A stretch of 64,000 nucleotides of DNA, taken from assembly GCA_021776235.1 (NCBI GenBank), contig JAJFGG010000011.1, forward strand, positions 38,248 to 102,247. The letters are read 5' to 3'. Positions within the stretch are counted from its first letter, which is position 1. Every line of letters begins with the position of its first letter. Under the pieces are notes generated by a model that saw only the letters and a list, made by a program, of their open reading frames with translations, did not search any database and was not told the DNA's origin. This stretch comes from Alphaproteobacteria bacterium (lineage in GTDB: Bacteria > Pseudomonadota > Alphaproteobacteria > GCA-2731375). The translations under genes and the position numbers were made by a program. This document shows positions 37,897 through 46,831 of the stretch, in pieces.

Positions 37897-38533
37897 GGTA
37901 AGCGGCCTGGACGTCAATATTGGCCCTATACCCATCTTGCGTGGCGTGGCCCTGGACGTGCCCGCAGGTACCATGTGCGGCCTGATCGGACGCAATGGCG
38001 CCGGTAAAACCACCTTCCTGCGCGCCATCATGGGCGCCCTGAAGGCCGAAGCCGGGCAGGCCATGTTTGGGCATCAGGATTTGTTGAAAGTTCATCCGCA
38101 CAAACGCGCTCACATGGGCATCGGCTTCATGCCCGAGGATCGCCGGCTGGTGCCGGCCCTGACGGTAGAGGAAAATATTCTGGTCCCCGTTTGGGCCACC
38201 AACATGGAAGACTGGGAGGACCGCCTGGCCTGGATCTACGATTTAATGCCGGAAGTCGCAGAATTCAGTGATCGCGGTTCGATGGAACTATCAGGCGGGC
38301 AACAGAAATTCGTCGCCTTCGCCCGCGCCTTGATGGCGGGGACGCACCTTTTGCTGCTGGATGAGCCCAGCGAGGGAATTGCCCCGGTCTTTGCCCAGCG
38401 TATGAGCGAGATCATGAAAAACCTGAAGGATGAAGGAGAGTCGGTATTGGTGGCGGAATCCAATGACAAACATGTAGCCGGCTTATTGGACCGATCCTTC
38501 GTGATTGAACGCGGCAGCATCGTCGCCGGTTAA
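37889..38533 (+). CDS. ABC transporter ATP-binding protein (LivF-like)
   Basis: Start at ATG 37889 (MLKVSGLDVNIG; GGGGGGAG upstream), in the same frame as track ORF 37679. Motifs GRNGAGKTT, LSGGQQKF, LLLDEPSEG. Confidence 0.85.
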   Translation: MLKVSGLDVNIGPIPILRGVALDVPAGTMCGLIGRNGAGKTTFLRAIMGALKAEAGQAMFGHQDLLKVHPHKRAHMGIGFMPEDRRLVPALTVEENILVPVWATNMEDWEDRLAWIYDLMPEVAEFSDRGSMELSGGQQKFVAFARALMAGTHLLLLDEPSEGIAPVFAQRMSEIMKNLKDEGESVLVAESNDKHVAGLLDRSFVIERGSIVAG

Positions 38534-38564
38534 ATCCGTCACCAGGAAAAATGCAGAGCACGCC

Positions 38565-39605
38565 ATGGCGCCTTCGACATCTGCCGGGTTACCGGACCGC
38601 ATTGCCGATGTCGCTGCGCTTGAGGAGTTGTTGTCCCGGCCCAGCCAGGCCTTGATCAATGATTTGGCCGCCCTGGATGGCGATATCATCATTCTCGGCG
38701 TCGGTGGCAAGGTTGGGCCCTGCCTGGCACGCATGGCCAAGCGTGCGGCCCCCCACAAACGGGTTGTCGGGGTCGCCCGGTTCTCGGACGGCGAGGTCAA
38801 ACGGCGGCTGGAAGAATGGGGCGTGGAAACCCTGGCCTGCGATCTTCTTGATCGGGAGGCCGTGGCTGAATTACCCAAGCTACCCAATGTGATCTATATG
38901 GCCGGGCGTAAGTTCGGTACGAGTGGCGATGAACATTTCACCTGGGCCATGAACGCCCACGTCCCGGCCCTGGTCGCCGAGGCCTTTGCGCAATCCCGGA
39001 TTGTCGCCTTTTCCACCCTGTGCGTGTATCCTTTCACCGACGTCATGGGCCCCCTGTGCGACGAGAACACGGCGCCGGTCCCCGTTGGCGAGTACGCCAA
39101 CTCCTGCGTTGGGCGGGAACGGATCCTGCAATATTTCTCGCACCGTTTTGGAACACCGGGCCGCCTGATCCGCCTCAACTATGCGATCGACCTGCGTTAT
39201 GGTGTGCTGTTCGATGTCGCGAACTGGGTTTATACAGGGCAGCCCATCGATTTGCGCGCGGGTCATGCCAACGTGATCTGGCAAGGCGACGTCAACGCCC
39301 AGGTTCTGCGCGCACTGGGCCACTGCGAGAACCCGACCCGGCCCCTGAACATAGGTGGTCCCGAACAGGTCAGCGTGCGCGCCCTGGCCCAGGCCTTTGG
39401 TAAACGCTTTGGCCTGACCCCGGTGTTCGAGAACCAGGAAAGCGGCATGGGCTGGCACAACGACACTTCGCTGGCGTCCAAGTTGTTTGGCTACCCGGAA
39501 GTCCCGCTGGCGAAGATGATCGAATGGACAGTAGACTGGATTGAGCGGGACCAACCGCATTATGATAAACCAACCCACTACGAGGCGCGCGACGGTGCTT
39601 TCTAA
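38565..39605 (+). CDS. NAD-dependent epimerase/dehydratase-family protein
   Basis: IIILGVGGKVGPCLAR Rossmann-like N-terminus. The track ORF begins at TTG 38505, inside livF; the ATG at 38565 is more plausible. Confidence 0.7.
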   Translation: MAPSTSAGLPDRIADVAALEELLSRPSQALINDLAALDGDIIILGVGGKVGPCLARMAKRAAPHKRVVGVARFSDGEVKRRLEEWGVETLACDLLDREAVAELPKLPNVIYMAGRKFGTSGDEHFTWAMNAHVPALVAEAFAQSRIVAFSTLCVYPFTDVMGPLCDENTAPVPVGEYANSCVGRERILQYFSHRFGTPGRLIRLNYAIDLRYGVLFDVANWVYTGQPIDLRAGHANVIWQGDVNAQVLRALGHCENPTRPLNIGGPEQVSVRALAQAFGKRFGLTPVFENQESGMGWHNDTSLASKLFGYPEVPLAKMIEWTVDWIERDQPHYDKPTHYEARDGAF

Positions 39606-39637
39606 CTGCCGGTCAGCGGCCATTCAGGAGGCTTGAT

Positions 39638-40609
39638 ATGAGTGTATTCGACAGCCGGCCTTTGGACGGTGTTATCCCCGCCACTTTGCTGGCCTTTAAT
39701 GATGACATGTCAATTGATGAAGCGGCCTCACGCAGCCATCTTCGCGACGTCGCGGCGACCGACGGCTTGAACGCCATCACGGTGAATGGCCATGCCTCCG
39801 AGGTGCATGCCTGCAGCTTTGACGAGCAGCGGCAAATTCTGGAATTTTCCCTTGATGAAGCAGGTGACCGCCTGCCGATGATCAATGGCATCTATTCAGA
39901 CAGCAGTCTTGAGGCGGCTCGCCTCGCGCGCATGGCCGAGGCGGCCGGCGCGTCGGCCCTGCTGGTGTTCCCTCCTAACAGCATGATCATGGGTGGCCAA
40001 CTACGGCCGGAAATGGCATTGGCCCACTTCAAGACCATTGCCGACGCCACCGACCTTCCCATGATCGTCTTCCAATACCCCCAGGTTAGTGGTCTGGGGT
40101 ACCCGTTCGAGACTTTGTTGCGGCTGGTTCAGGAACTTCCTTCAATCAAGGCCATCAAGGATTGGTCCAACGACGCCATGCTGCACGAGAAGCATATACG
40201 CAGCCTGCAGTCGGGCGCCGCCGGCCGTCCAATCACCGTTTTGACGACCCACTCGTCCTGGCTGATGGCATCCCTTAGCATGGGCGCCAACGGTTTGCTG
40301 TCAGGCGCCGGCAGTGTAATCCCTGACTTGCAGGTCGCTTTGTTCCAGGCCGTGAAGGCCGGCGATCTACCCGGCGCCCAGGCCATCAATGACCGGATCT
40401 ATCCCCTGGCCCAGGTTTTTTATAGGCCGCCGTTCCTGGATATGCACAACCGCATGAAAGAATGCCTGGTGCTACTGGGCCGGCAACAACGGGCCGTGGT
40501 GCGACCGCCGCTGATGAAACTTCCCGGCGACGAGATCGACCGCCTGGGTCAGGCCTTGCGTGCTGCCGGGCTGCCGACGTTAGGCGCCGTACCGGCCGCT
40601 GCGGAATAA
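39638..40609 (+). CDS. Dihydrodipicolinate synthase (DapA/NAL)-family lyase
   Basis: TIM-barrel DHDPS-family pattern (GVIPATLLAFNDDMSIDE…, …FPPNSMIM…). Specific substrate not inferable. Confidence 0.75.
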   Translation: MSVFDSRPLDGVIPATLLAFNDDMSIDEAASRSHLRDVAATDGLNAITVNGHASEVHACSFDEQRQILEFSLDEAGDRLPMINGIYSDSSLEAARLARMAEAAGASALLVFPPNSMIMGGQLRPEMALAHFKTIADATDLPMIVFQYPQVSGLGYPFETLLRLVQELPSIKAIKDWSNDAMLHEKHIRSLQSGAAGRPITVLTTHSSWLMASLSMGANGLLSGAGSVIPDLQVALFQAVKAGDLPGAQAINDRIYPLAQVFYRPPFLDMHNRMKECLVLLGRQQRAVVRPPLMKLPGDEIDRLGQALRAAGLPTLGAVPAAAE

Positions 40610-40641
40610 CACCTAGCGTCCTTGATGGCTGCAGCGTCGTG

Positions 40642-41073
40642 CTATGCCGTAGCGATATATTGCCGCATTGCGGCGGCTTCGCTTTCAATCTCCTCGATGC
40701 GAAACTTGACCACATCACCAATTGAAATGATGCCCAGAAGCTGACCGGCCCCTATTACCGGCAAGTGCCGAATCCGCCGTTCCGTCATCACCGCCATGAT
40801 GGTGTCGATATCATCTTCGGGCCGACAGTGGATCACATCACGGGTCATCAACTCCGCCACCGAAGCCTCCATGCAACGAGTCCCCAACTGGGCCATGCCG
40901 CGCACGATATCCCGTTCCGACAGCACACCTTCAACAAAGCCGTCATCGTCACGCACAAGGATTGCGCCAATCCGGTTGCTGCTTAGGATCCCGGCCGCCC
41001 GGCCAACGGTTTCGTCAATCTGGACGGATATCACCTCGTTACCCTTTAAGGCGAGAATACGTTCTACATGCAT
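40642..41073 (-). CDS. CBS-domain pair protein
   Basis: Two CBS motifs (…ILVRDDDGFVEGVLSERDIVR…, …RIRHLPVIGAGQLLGIISIGDVVK…). Confidence 0.8.
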   Translation of the reverse strand: MHVERILALKGNEVISVQIDETVGRAAGILSSNRIGAILVRDDDGFVEGVLSERDIVRGMAQLGTRCMEASVAELMTRDVIHCRPEDDIDTIMAVMTERRIRHLPVIGAGQLLGIISIGDVVKFRIEEIESEAAAMRQYIATA

Positions 41074-41630
41074 ACCAACCTCCTTCCACGAAAAATGCTT
41101 GATTCGCAGTTACTTTACATAATCTATTTTGCCTGTTTTTCAACCTGAACGCAAGACGCCGCGATTTCAAACCGGTTTGCGGATCATAAGAGGAAATCCC
41201 GGCCCTATATCGAACGACCTTCGAACAGCTTGGGCAAGAACCGCTGAAATCCGCCGCAGATTTGCTATTCCCGCCGTCCGCCGTTGGATTATGAAGAGCG
41301 TTTTGATTGGTTCGATTTGTTTCTTCACCAACCGCCGTGAAGTTTCTGTCGGAACGTCGCGAATTTGCATGTGCGACGCGTTCCGTTTGTACGAAGGCAG
41401 GTCGGCCCTGGTGGCAATTTTGCTGAGAACGGCGCTTTTCCGAACATATCGTTGGCCTGATGCGGCAAAAGCTCAATGCAGGAGGCCAACGAAACAATGT
41501 AAATTCCTATAGAGAAAAGGAATTATTAATCAACGCGCGTCATGATTAACTGTAACCAAAGGCCAAATACGACGTTTCTGTGGCGGATATGCCGTGCGCG
41601 TGCCACGGAACTATGATGGAAGATTGACCG

Positions 41631-42770
41631 ATGAGCATGAATAGCGGACCGATTGCCATGGATCTGGAGGCATTTCCAGATGACCTGCCCCATGATGAAG
41701 AGTCTGTCGAAGATGACGACCCGGTTGAAAATCAACCTGAGCTGTCCAATAGCGAATATGACGCCCTGGAAGAGGCGGTTATGCAGACCGCCCGGGGCCG
41801 TACCTTTTTGCGCGAGCATGCCAAGCGTAACCGCGCCGTGGCCAGTGACCTGGTAATGCGGGCCATGGAAGATTGCCAAAGTTACTTCAAGCGTCAGGAA
41901 TTCAAGGAGCCGACAGAGATTCTCTCGGCTGAACTGCAAAATATGAGTGACGCGATCAGCCATACCCGGCGCGATATAGCTGCCATCAAGCCCAAGGAGG
42001 GGGCCAACAACCGAATCATGGCGGCGACCGAGGATCTCGGCGCCATTGTCACCTCAACGGAGCGGGCCACCAACGATATCCTGGCGGCGGCGGAACGCAT
42101 CCAGGATTCCTGTGAATCCCTGCGCAAGGAAGATGCCGATAGCCAACTCTGCGATACCATGGAAGAAGATATCACCAATATCTTCCTGGCCTGCTCGTTC
42201 CAGGACCTTACAGGTCAGCGCACCACAAAAGTGGTCAATGCCCTGCATTATCTGGAGCAAAGAGTCGGTGCGATGATCCAGATTTGGGGCTCGGAAACCC
42301 TGCGCAACGCGGCCGCCGACGAATTCAGCACTGATTTGGAGGATGACCACGCCGAAGCCGGCCTGCTGAACGGCCCGCAAATGGAAGGCCAAGGCATCGC
42401 CCAGGTTGATATCGACCAGATGCTGCAGGACGATACGGATCTTGTCGGTGCAGGCGGTGAAACGGAAGACGACGACGCCGGGGACGTTGATCCGGCAGAT
42501 CACACTGCTGTCGCGGATGCGGCAAATCTCGCGATTGTATCGCTGGATGAAGACCGGCTGTTGGACGAGGCCGCCGCGGATACGACCGAAGGCATTGATT
42601 TCGACCCGCCGGCAACGGCCCCATCGGAATCAGATGTCGACGAACAACCGCCGGAAGATGACAGCACCGGCGCGGCGGTTGCCGCAGAGGTAGAACAGGA
42701 CGACCCGGATGGGTCCGCCTTCGGTGAGGAAATGGACAACGACTCTATAGACGCGATGTTCGATTCCTGA
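41631..42770 (+). CDS. CheZ-like chemotaxis phosphatase with a long acidic C-terminal tail
   Basis: Contains …IFLACSFQDLTGQRTTKVVNALHYLEQRV…, the DLTGQ catalytic-region signature of CheZ. The C-terminal 130 aa are strongly acidic (D/E-rich). Confidence 0.55.
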   Translation: MSMNSGPIAMDLEAFPDDLPHDEESVEDDDPVENQPELSNSEYDALEEAVMQTARGRTFLREHAKRNRAVASDLVMRAMEDCQSYFKRQEFKEPTEILSAELQNMSDAISHTRRDIAAIKPKEGANNRIMAATEDLGAIVTSTERATNDILAAAERIQDSCESLRKEDADSQLCDTMEEDITNIFLACSFQDLTGQRTTKVVNALHYLEQRVGAMIQIWGSETLRNAAADEFSTDLEDDHAEAGLLNGPQMEGQGIAQVDIDQMLQDDTDLVGAGGETEDDDAGDVDPADHTAVADAANLAIVSLDEDRLLDEAAADTTEGIDFDPPATAPSESDVDEQPPEDDSTGAAVAAEVEQDDPDGSAFGEEMDNDSIDAMFDS

Positions 42771-42903
42771 TCCGTGAAGATCCCGAAAATTGTCGCTGTG
42801 GCTGGATACCAGCCCAAACGGCTGCCGAAATTCGATACTCATCGCCCCTGGACCGGCACGTATTGGGGCAGCCTGAATAGAGCAATACGACCCGAATCTT
42901 GGC

Positions 42904-43464
42904 CTAAAACCTTTGCAGCGAGCGTAGAGAACGATTCACCTTGCGTTGCTCGTCTTGTACTCGCTTGATATCTTCCATTTGCTTTACGGTATCGGTCTTG
43001 CTTTTGGCAGCTGCGTCGCCGGATGATTTGGCCGCTTTATTTGGGCTGGCGGTTTCCAGCGCCTCTTCCTGATTGCGAATTGATACGATCATGGTATCGA
43101 GTTTCGCCTTGCGCTCGTCACGGGTCATTCCACCGGACTTTACTTTGCCGGTAAATTCCCGGTGTTTAGCGATGAACCTGTCATAAACTTCCGGGATCCG
43201 GGACCGCGACTTGAGAATTTTATTGATGCCGTCATAGGCGCATTTTGCGTAGGCCTCTTCGCCCGAATGCAGCTCATGATCCCCAAGGTTGCCAGCGTTG
43301 TCTGGATCGTAGCCCGTTTTGCTGGAACATTTATCGAAATATGACCGCAGCTCGGATACTGCCTCATCCAGACTTTTTTTCGCAAACACTGTCGAGCCCA
43401 TCAGACATACGCAGACGGAAATCATTAGTATCCGGCTTGGTGTGGACAGCATTGTGAACTCCAC
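42904..43464 (-). CDS. Hypothetical secreted protein
   Basis: Signal peptide and lower-GC coding; no recognised domain. Confidence 0.5.
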   Translation of the reverse strand: MEFTMLSTPSRILMISVCVCLMGSTVFAKKSLDEAVSELRSYFDKCSSKTGYDPDNAGNLGDHELHSGEEAYAKCAYDGINKILKSRSRIPEVYDRFIAKHREFTGKVKSGGMTRDERKAKLDTMIVSIRNQEEALETASPNKAAKSSGDAAAKSKTDTVKQMEDIKRVQDEQRKVNRSLRSLQRF

Positions 43465-43466
43465 GG

Positions 43467-44123
43467 CTATTTATCGCATCGGCCGAAGTATTTCGAGTTC
43501 ACGGTCGTGATTTCCATGGTGTTGGGACCGCGCTTTCGTATGCGCGTATTGTTTGTCGGCCAATGGAAAACTGTCTCGCCCGACAAGGAGCGAAATACTT
43601 CCGGTCGGTCACTGCACTGCGCCGCGTTACAATCCAACAGGCGGAACTCCTTGTTGTTCACCCGGCGAAATTTATACCAAGTCTTGGCATCGCAACTTTC
43701 AGCCCATCTGCCGGAGAAATACTCGGTCGCCAAAGCGCCGCCAGAGCTGCTATCGCTGTAGCCGCCGACGATTTTGCAAGCGCCCTTGCCTTGCGAACGA
43801 ATGTTGCAGTTATCCAGGGCAAACTCCTTCGCCTGATCTGCCTGCTCGGCGGCGCACGCCGCGCCCCAGTAACCGGATACCTCGTTGAATGCAATGGCGC
43901 CGTTGCCGGGCAGGCCACAAACCGTAAAAATGGCACACTGCGAACCCGAAACTTTCGCACATTGTGCCAGGGCGCTCTCTTTCGCCCGCGAAATATCCTT
44001 GTCTGTGTGCCAGGCATATTTGCCGCCCTCGGAATTGACAGCCACCGCGGACGCCGCTTGGGCTGTTTGGCCGGCAAAACAGGCCGCTATGAAGCATAAA
44101 ACCAGACCAACAAACCGTGCCAT
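43467..44123 (-). CDS. DUF4189-domain secreted protein
   Basis: Start at ATG 44123 (MARFVGLVLCFIAACFAGQTAQA; GGGAG upstream). Duplicated Cys-containing modules AIA…G.YGW…A…C.K.GS.C typical of DUF4189. Confidence 0.55.
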   Translation of the reverse strand: MARFVGLVLCFIAACFAGQTAQAASAVAVNSEGGKYAWHTDKDISRAKESALAQCAKVSGSQCAIFTVCGLPGNGAIAFNEVSGYWGAACAAEQADQAKEFALDNCNIRSQGKGACKIVGGYSDSSSGGALATEYFSGRWAESCDAKTWYKFRRVNNKEFRLLDCNAAQCSDRPEVFRSLSGETVFHWPTNNTRIRKRGPNTMEITTVNSKYFGRCDK

Positions 44124-44261
44124 ATTGAATTCTCCCGATGTTCTAGAGCCCATTTAAGCCAAATGCGCCCGAATTCGTAAAAATCGAGCAATTGCACCGA
44201 TCATTTAAATCGCGTCAGTGGCTCGAATTAACTGAACGTTTTTCCAAGTATACCAACGACG

Positions 44262-44432
44262 TCATTTACAGTATTTGGGATCCGCCTTCGCGCCATCATA
44301 GTTGCCGCTGGTATTCTTGTACTGATACAAGACAATCGAGCCATCAGGCATACACGTCATGCCCTCGGTGAAGCGACCATCCGCACAGCCAACGAGCAAA
44401 ATCCCTGTTATTAGGATCAGCGCCAATCTCAT
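44262..44432 (-). CDS. Small lipoprotein (56 aa), not in the ORF track
   Basis: MRLALILITGILLVGCADGRFTEGMTCMPDGSIVLYQYKNTSGNYDGAKADPKYCK. Lipobox LLVGC; GGGAGG lies 9 nt upstream of the ATG. Confidence 0.45.
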   Translation of the reverse strand: MRLALILITGILLVGCADGRFTEGMTCMPDGSIVLYQYKNTSGNYDGAKADPKYCK

Positions 44433-44697
44433 AGTTGCGTACCTCCCATCGTCGTTCAGTTCAAAGCCCGCCGGGTCAGACGACCCCGAACTCTATGCAA
44501 ACCGCGTGGCCAGCGACCATATTAGGACAATACCAGATTACTTTGCATTGATCTTCTCAAAAGTCCCATCTCCGCCATGGACGCAGGTCGCATGGTCGCA
44601 CAGCCAATTAGGATCTGGACCCAAGGATACCGCCAGCCATGCTCATTGACCTGCCCTCGCCGCCAATCAGAAAATTTGGTGCCGGCGCACCAACCCG

Positions 44698-44964
44698 CTA
44701 CCGTCGCGTAGTCCCGCGCATCGATTTTTGTACCTTACGCTCGGTATCCTTGAGGCGCTTCACCTCACCAAGTTGCTTTTGTGTGTCCTTGCTGCTTCCG
44801 GATTTTTCATCTGCAGGCAGCTTGGCCGGTTTACCGTCGACCGCCTTTTCCGACGCTTCTTTCTTGCCTGTAGACTCACCTTTCGCCGTCTCGACAGTGA
44901 CAATTGATACACAGAGAACAAGCACCAAAGCGGTAATGAAACGCGAAATAACTTCAGAACTCAT
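44698..44964 (-). CDS. Small K/E-rich membrane-anchored hypothetical protein
   Basis: Start assumed at the internal Met (MSSEVISRFITALVLVLCVSIVTV…). Single TM helix followed by a charged tail. Confidence 0.4.
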   Translation of the reverse strand: MSSEVISRFITALVLVLCVSIVTVETAKGESTGKKEASEKAVDGKPAKLPADEKSGSSKDTQKQLGEVKRLKDTERKVQKSMRGTTRR

Positions 44965-45164
44965 TTTACCTGCTCCATTTTTCAGCAATCCTCGTAGCGC
45001 TTTTCTTGCAACAATTGCAGCCGTGCAATACGCCACAGGTGACCTCCATACCTTCGCCTAAAGATTTCGCCTGGGACCAAGAATGATTTCCTCTCCATGG
45101 TGCCTATGAGGCAAGCCGCCGGCAGCAGATCAAATAGGGTAAAATCACTCTCATTGCCGAAGAT

Positions 45165-45398
45165 CTACTCCGCCACCTTGCCGCCGACGACTGTTCCCAG
45201 AATCGCACCGGCGCCGATTGCCATTGCCCTGCCGCTGCCACTTCCAAATAATGATCCCACGGCCGCGCCGGTCGCACCGCCGACCACCTGCCCACGCAGT
45301 TTTCTATCACTTGCTGAATTGGAACAACCGGCGAGGCCAAATGAACCGGCGGCAATTGCAAATACCGTGAAATACGCCATCAATCTCTGGTAAGCCAT
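45165..45398 (-). CDS. Glycine-zipper (GxxxG-repeat) outer-membrane lipoprotein
   Basis: Lipobox LAGC; GATGAAVGSLFGSGSGRAMAIGAGAILGTVVGG glycine-zipper region. Confidence 0.6.
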   Translation of the reverse strand: MAYQRLMAYFTVFAIAAGSFGLAGCSNSASDRKLRGQVVGGATGAAVGSLFGSGSGRAMAIGAGAILGTVVGGKVAE

Positions 45399-45403
45399 AC
45401 CAT

Positions 45404-45838
45404 CTACTCCTTCTTCGAGCCGGCTATGCTGTTTTGTTGGGCGAGTAATTCTGCCAACGACATCATGCCGTCGTGGTTCGTGTCGGCATCAAAAAATATG
45501 ATTATCTTGGCGCCGACGGCCTCGCCCAGAGATACCTTCCCATCCCCATCGCGATCGGCCTCGCGAAATTCCTCTGGGCTCACATTTGCAACCTCACCGG
45601 GAAGCAGAAAGCCATTCCGGTTCTTGTCGACCGCGGCAAACCGCCAAACGATGTAGGCGACAAATTCGTCAACTTCCAAATTCCCGTCAACGTTGTTATC
45701 AGCCTCTTCGAAAGCCGCCCGTACCTTGGCCTCCGACGCTGCCTGTACCGGTGGCGCGGCACAGGCGGCCCAGACGGAAATCATTGCCGCCGCAACGACA
45801 GTTCGAATATTGCGGCCTGATTTAGGCATAAGCTCCAA
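45404..45838 (-). CDS. Periplasmic EF-hand calcium-binding protein
   Basis: Signal peptide plus four EF-hand loops (DNNVDGNLEVDE, DKNRNGFLLPGE, DRDGDGKVSLGE, DTNHDGMMSLAE). Confidence 0.7.
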   Translation of the reverse strand: MELMPKSGRNIRTVVAAAMISVWAACAAPPVQAASEAKVRAAFEEADNNVDGNLEVDEFVAYIVWRFAAVDKNRNGFLLPGEVANVSPEEFREADRDGDGKVSLGEAVGAKIIIFFDADTNHDGMMSLAELLAQQNSIAGSKKE

Positions 45839-45950
45839 CCTTCCAATATCTTAATGAAAATTCGTCACTTGGGTCACCCTGGCAACCTAGGCGGTGACAA
45901 CCAATTCCCTATCCGATTAACGGCATGGCCAGGTTCCGGAGCCAGGAAAT

Positions 45951-46514
45951 TCAGCCCCTGGGTCTTAATTTGCTGATTTTCGTACCTTGCAGGCTCAGGC
46001 CGACCATCAAGCCGCCTTCGTTAAAGAAAAACGCGTAGATGTCATCCTTCGCCGTCGTCGTCGTCAGCGCACCCGTGGCGCCTGCGTTGATTACAACAAC
46101 GGTTGGGCCGGTGCCGATTTCCCAGCCGTTGGACCGGCCGACAAAATTGTAGGCTTCCTTGGTCATGAAAAACAGGGCGTAGCCAAAGGTTTTCGCCCCA
46201 GCCTCCAGTCCGGCCGTAATACCTGCCGAGGTGAAATAGCCGATCGTTTTGCCACCACGCCGCAACGCGCCTTCGCCATGCTGACCGCCCAGGACCAGGC
46301 CTGCTTTTACAACCCTCGGAAAAACCAGCACCGCCACGGCATTGGCACCCAGAGCCTTGGCGCCGGAATGGCTGGCATAAAGGCTTTGCAGGGCCGCGCT
46401 GACATTGCGATCAATTTGCGCCGCCGTATCAGCCCGCGCCAGTGAAGTTGCCGAGGCTAGGCTCAAGAATGCAGCGGCCCAGACCAATGTGCGCAACGAT
46501 GAAATTTTTGACAT
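45951..46514 (-). CDS. SYLF (Ysc84-like, DUF500) domain protein, secreted
   Basis: Start at the internal ATG (MSKISSLRTLVWAAAFLSLASATSLA). …AVAVLVFPRVVKAGLVLGGQHGEGAL…GWEIGTGPTVVV… pattern. Confidence 0.6.
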   Translation of the reverse strand: MSKISSLRTLVWAAAFLSLASATSLARADTAAQIDRNVSAALQSLYASHSGAKALGANAVAVLVFPRVVKAGLVLGGQHGEGALRRGGKTIGYFTSAGITAGLEAGAKTFGYALFFMTKEAYNFVGRSNGWEIGTGPTVVVINAGATGALTTTTAKDDIYAFFFNEGGLMVGLSLQGTKISKLRPRG

Positions 46515-46831
46515 TCCTGTTCTCCCTATGCCGCACCAAGGTACGGATATTCCCGACTTGATCAATAGGCAATGGCAGGATTTTGTTCAATGTCGCTTCG
46601 GCTGACCCACCTCACTATCGTCAATTGAGAACGTCTTCGGCAATTGCACACAATCCGCATTACAAACAGCCATGATGCGGGCCCAATCGCTCTTTGCACA
46701 TAGCCGAATTTTCGTGCTGGGATCCGCATTGCCGCAGAGTACTGAAATGACTACTCTGGTATTCTGGACGGACGGTAGAATTGAGAATGCTGGAAAATGG
46801 CTGGCTTCACCGTGGGCAATGAGGAAGTGGC

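Noticed and set aside
41129-41512. 127-aa plus-strand ORF in the CBS/CheZ intergenic region
   Set aside because: Arg/Cys-rich low-complexity translation with no start context. The region is more likely a shared promoter or leader.
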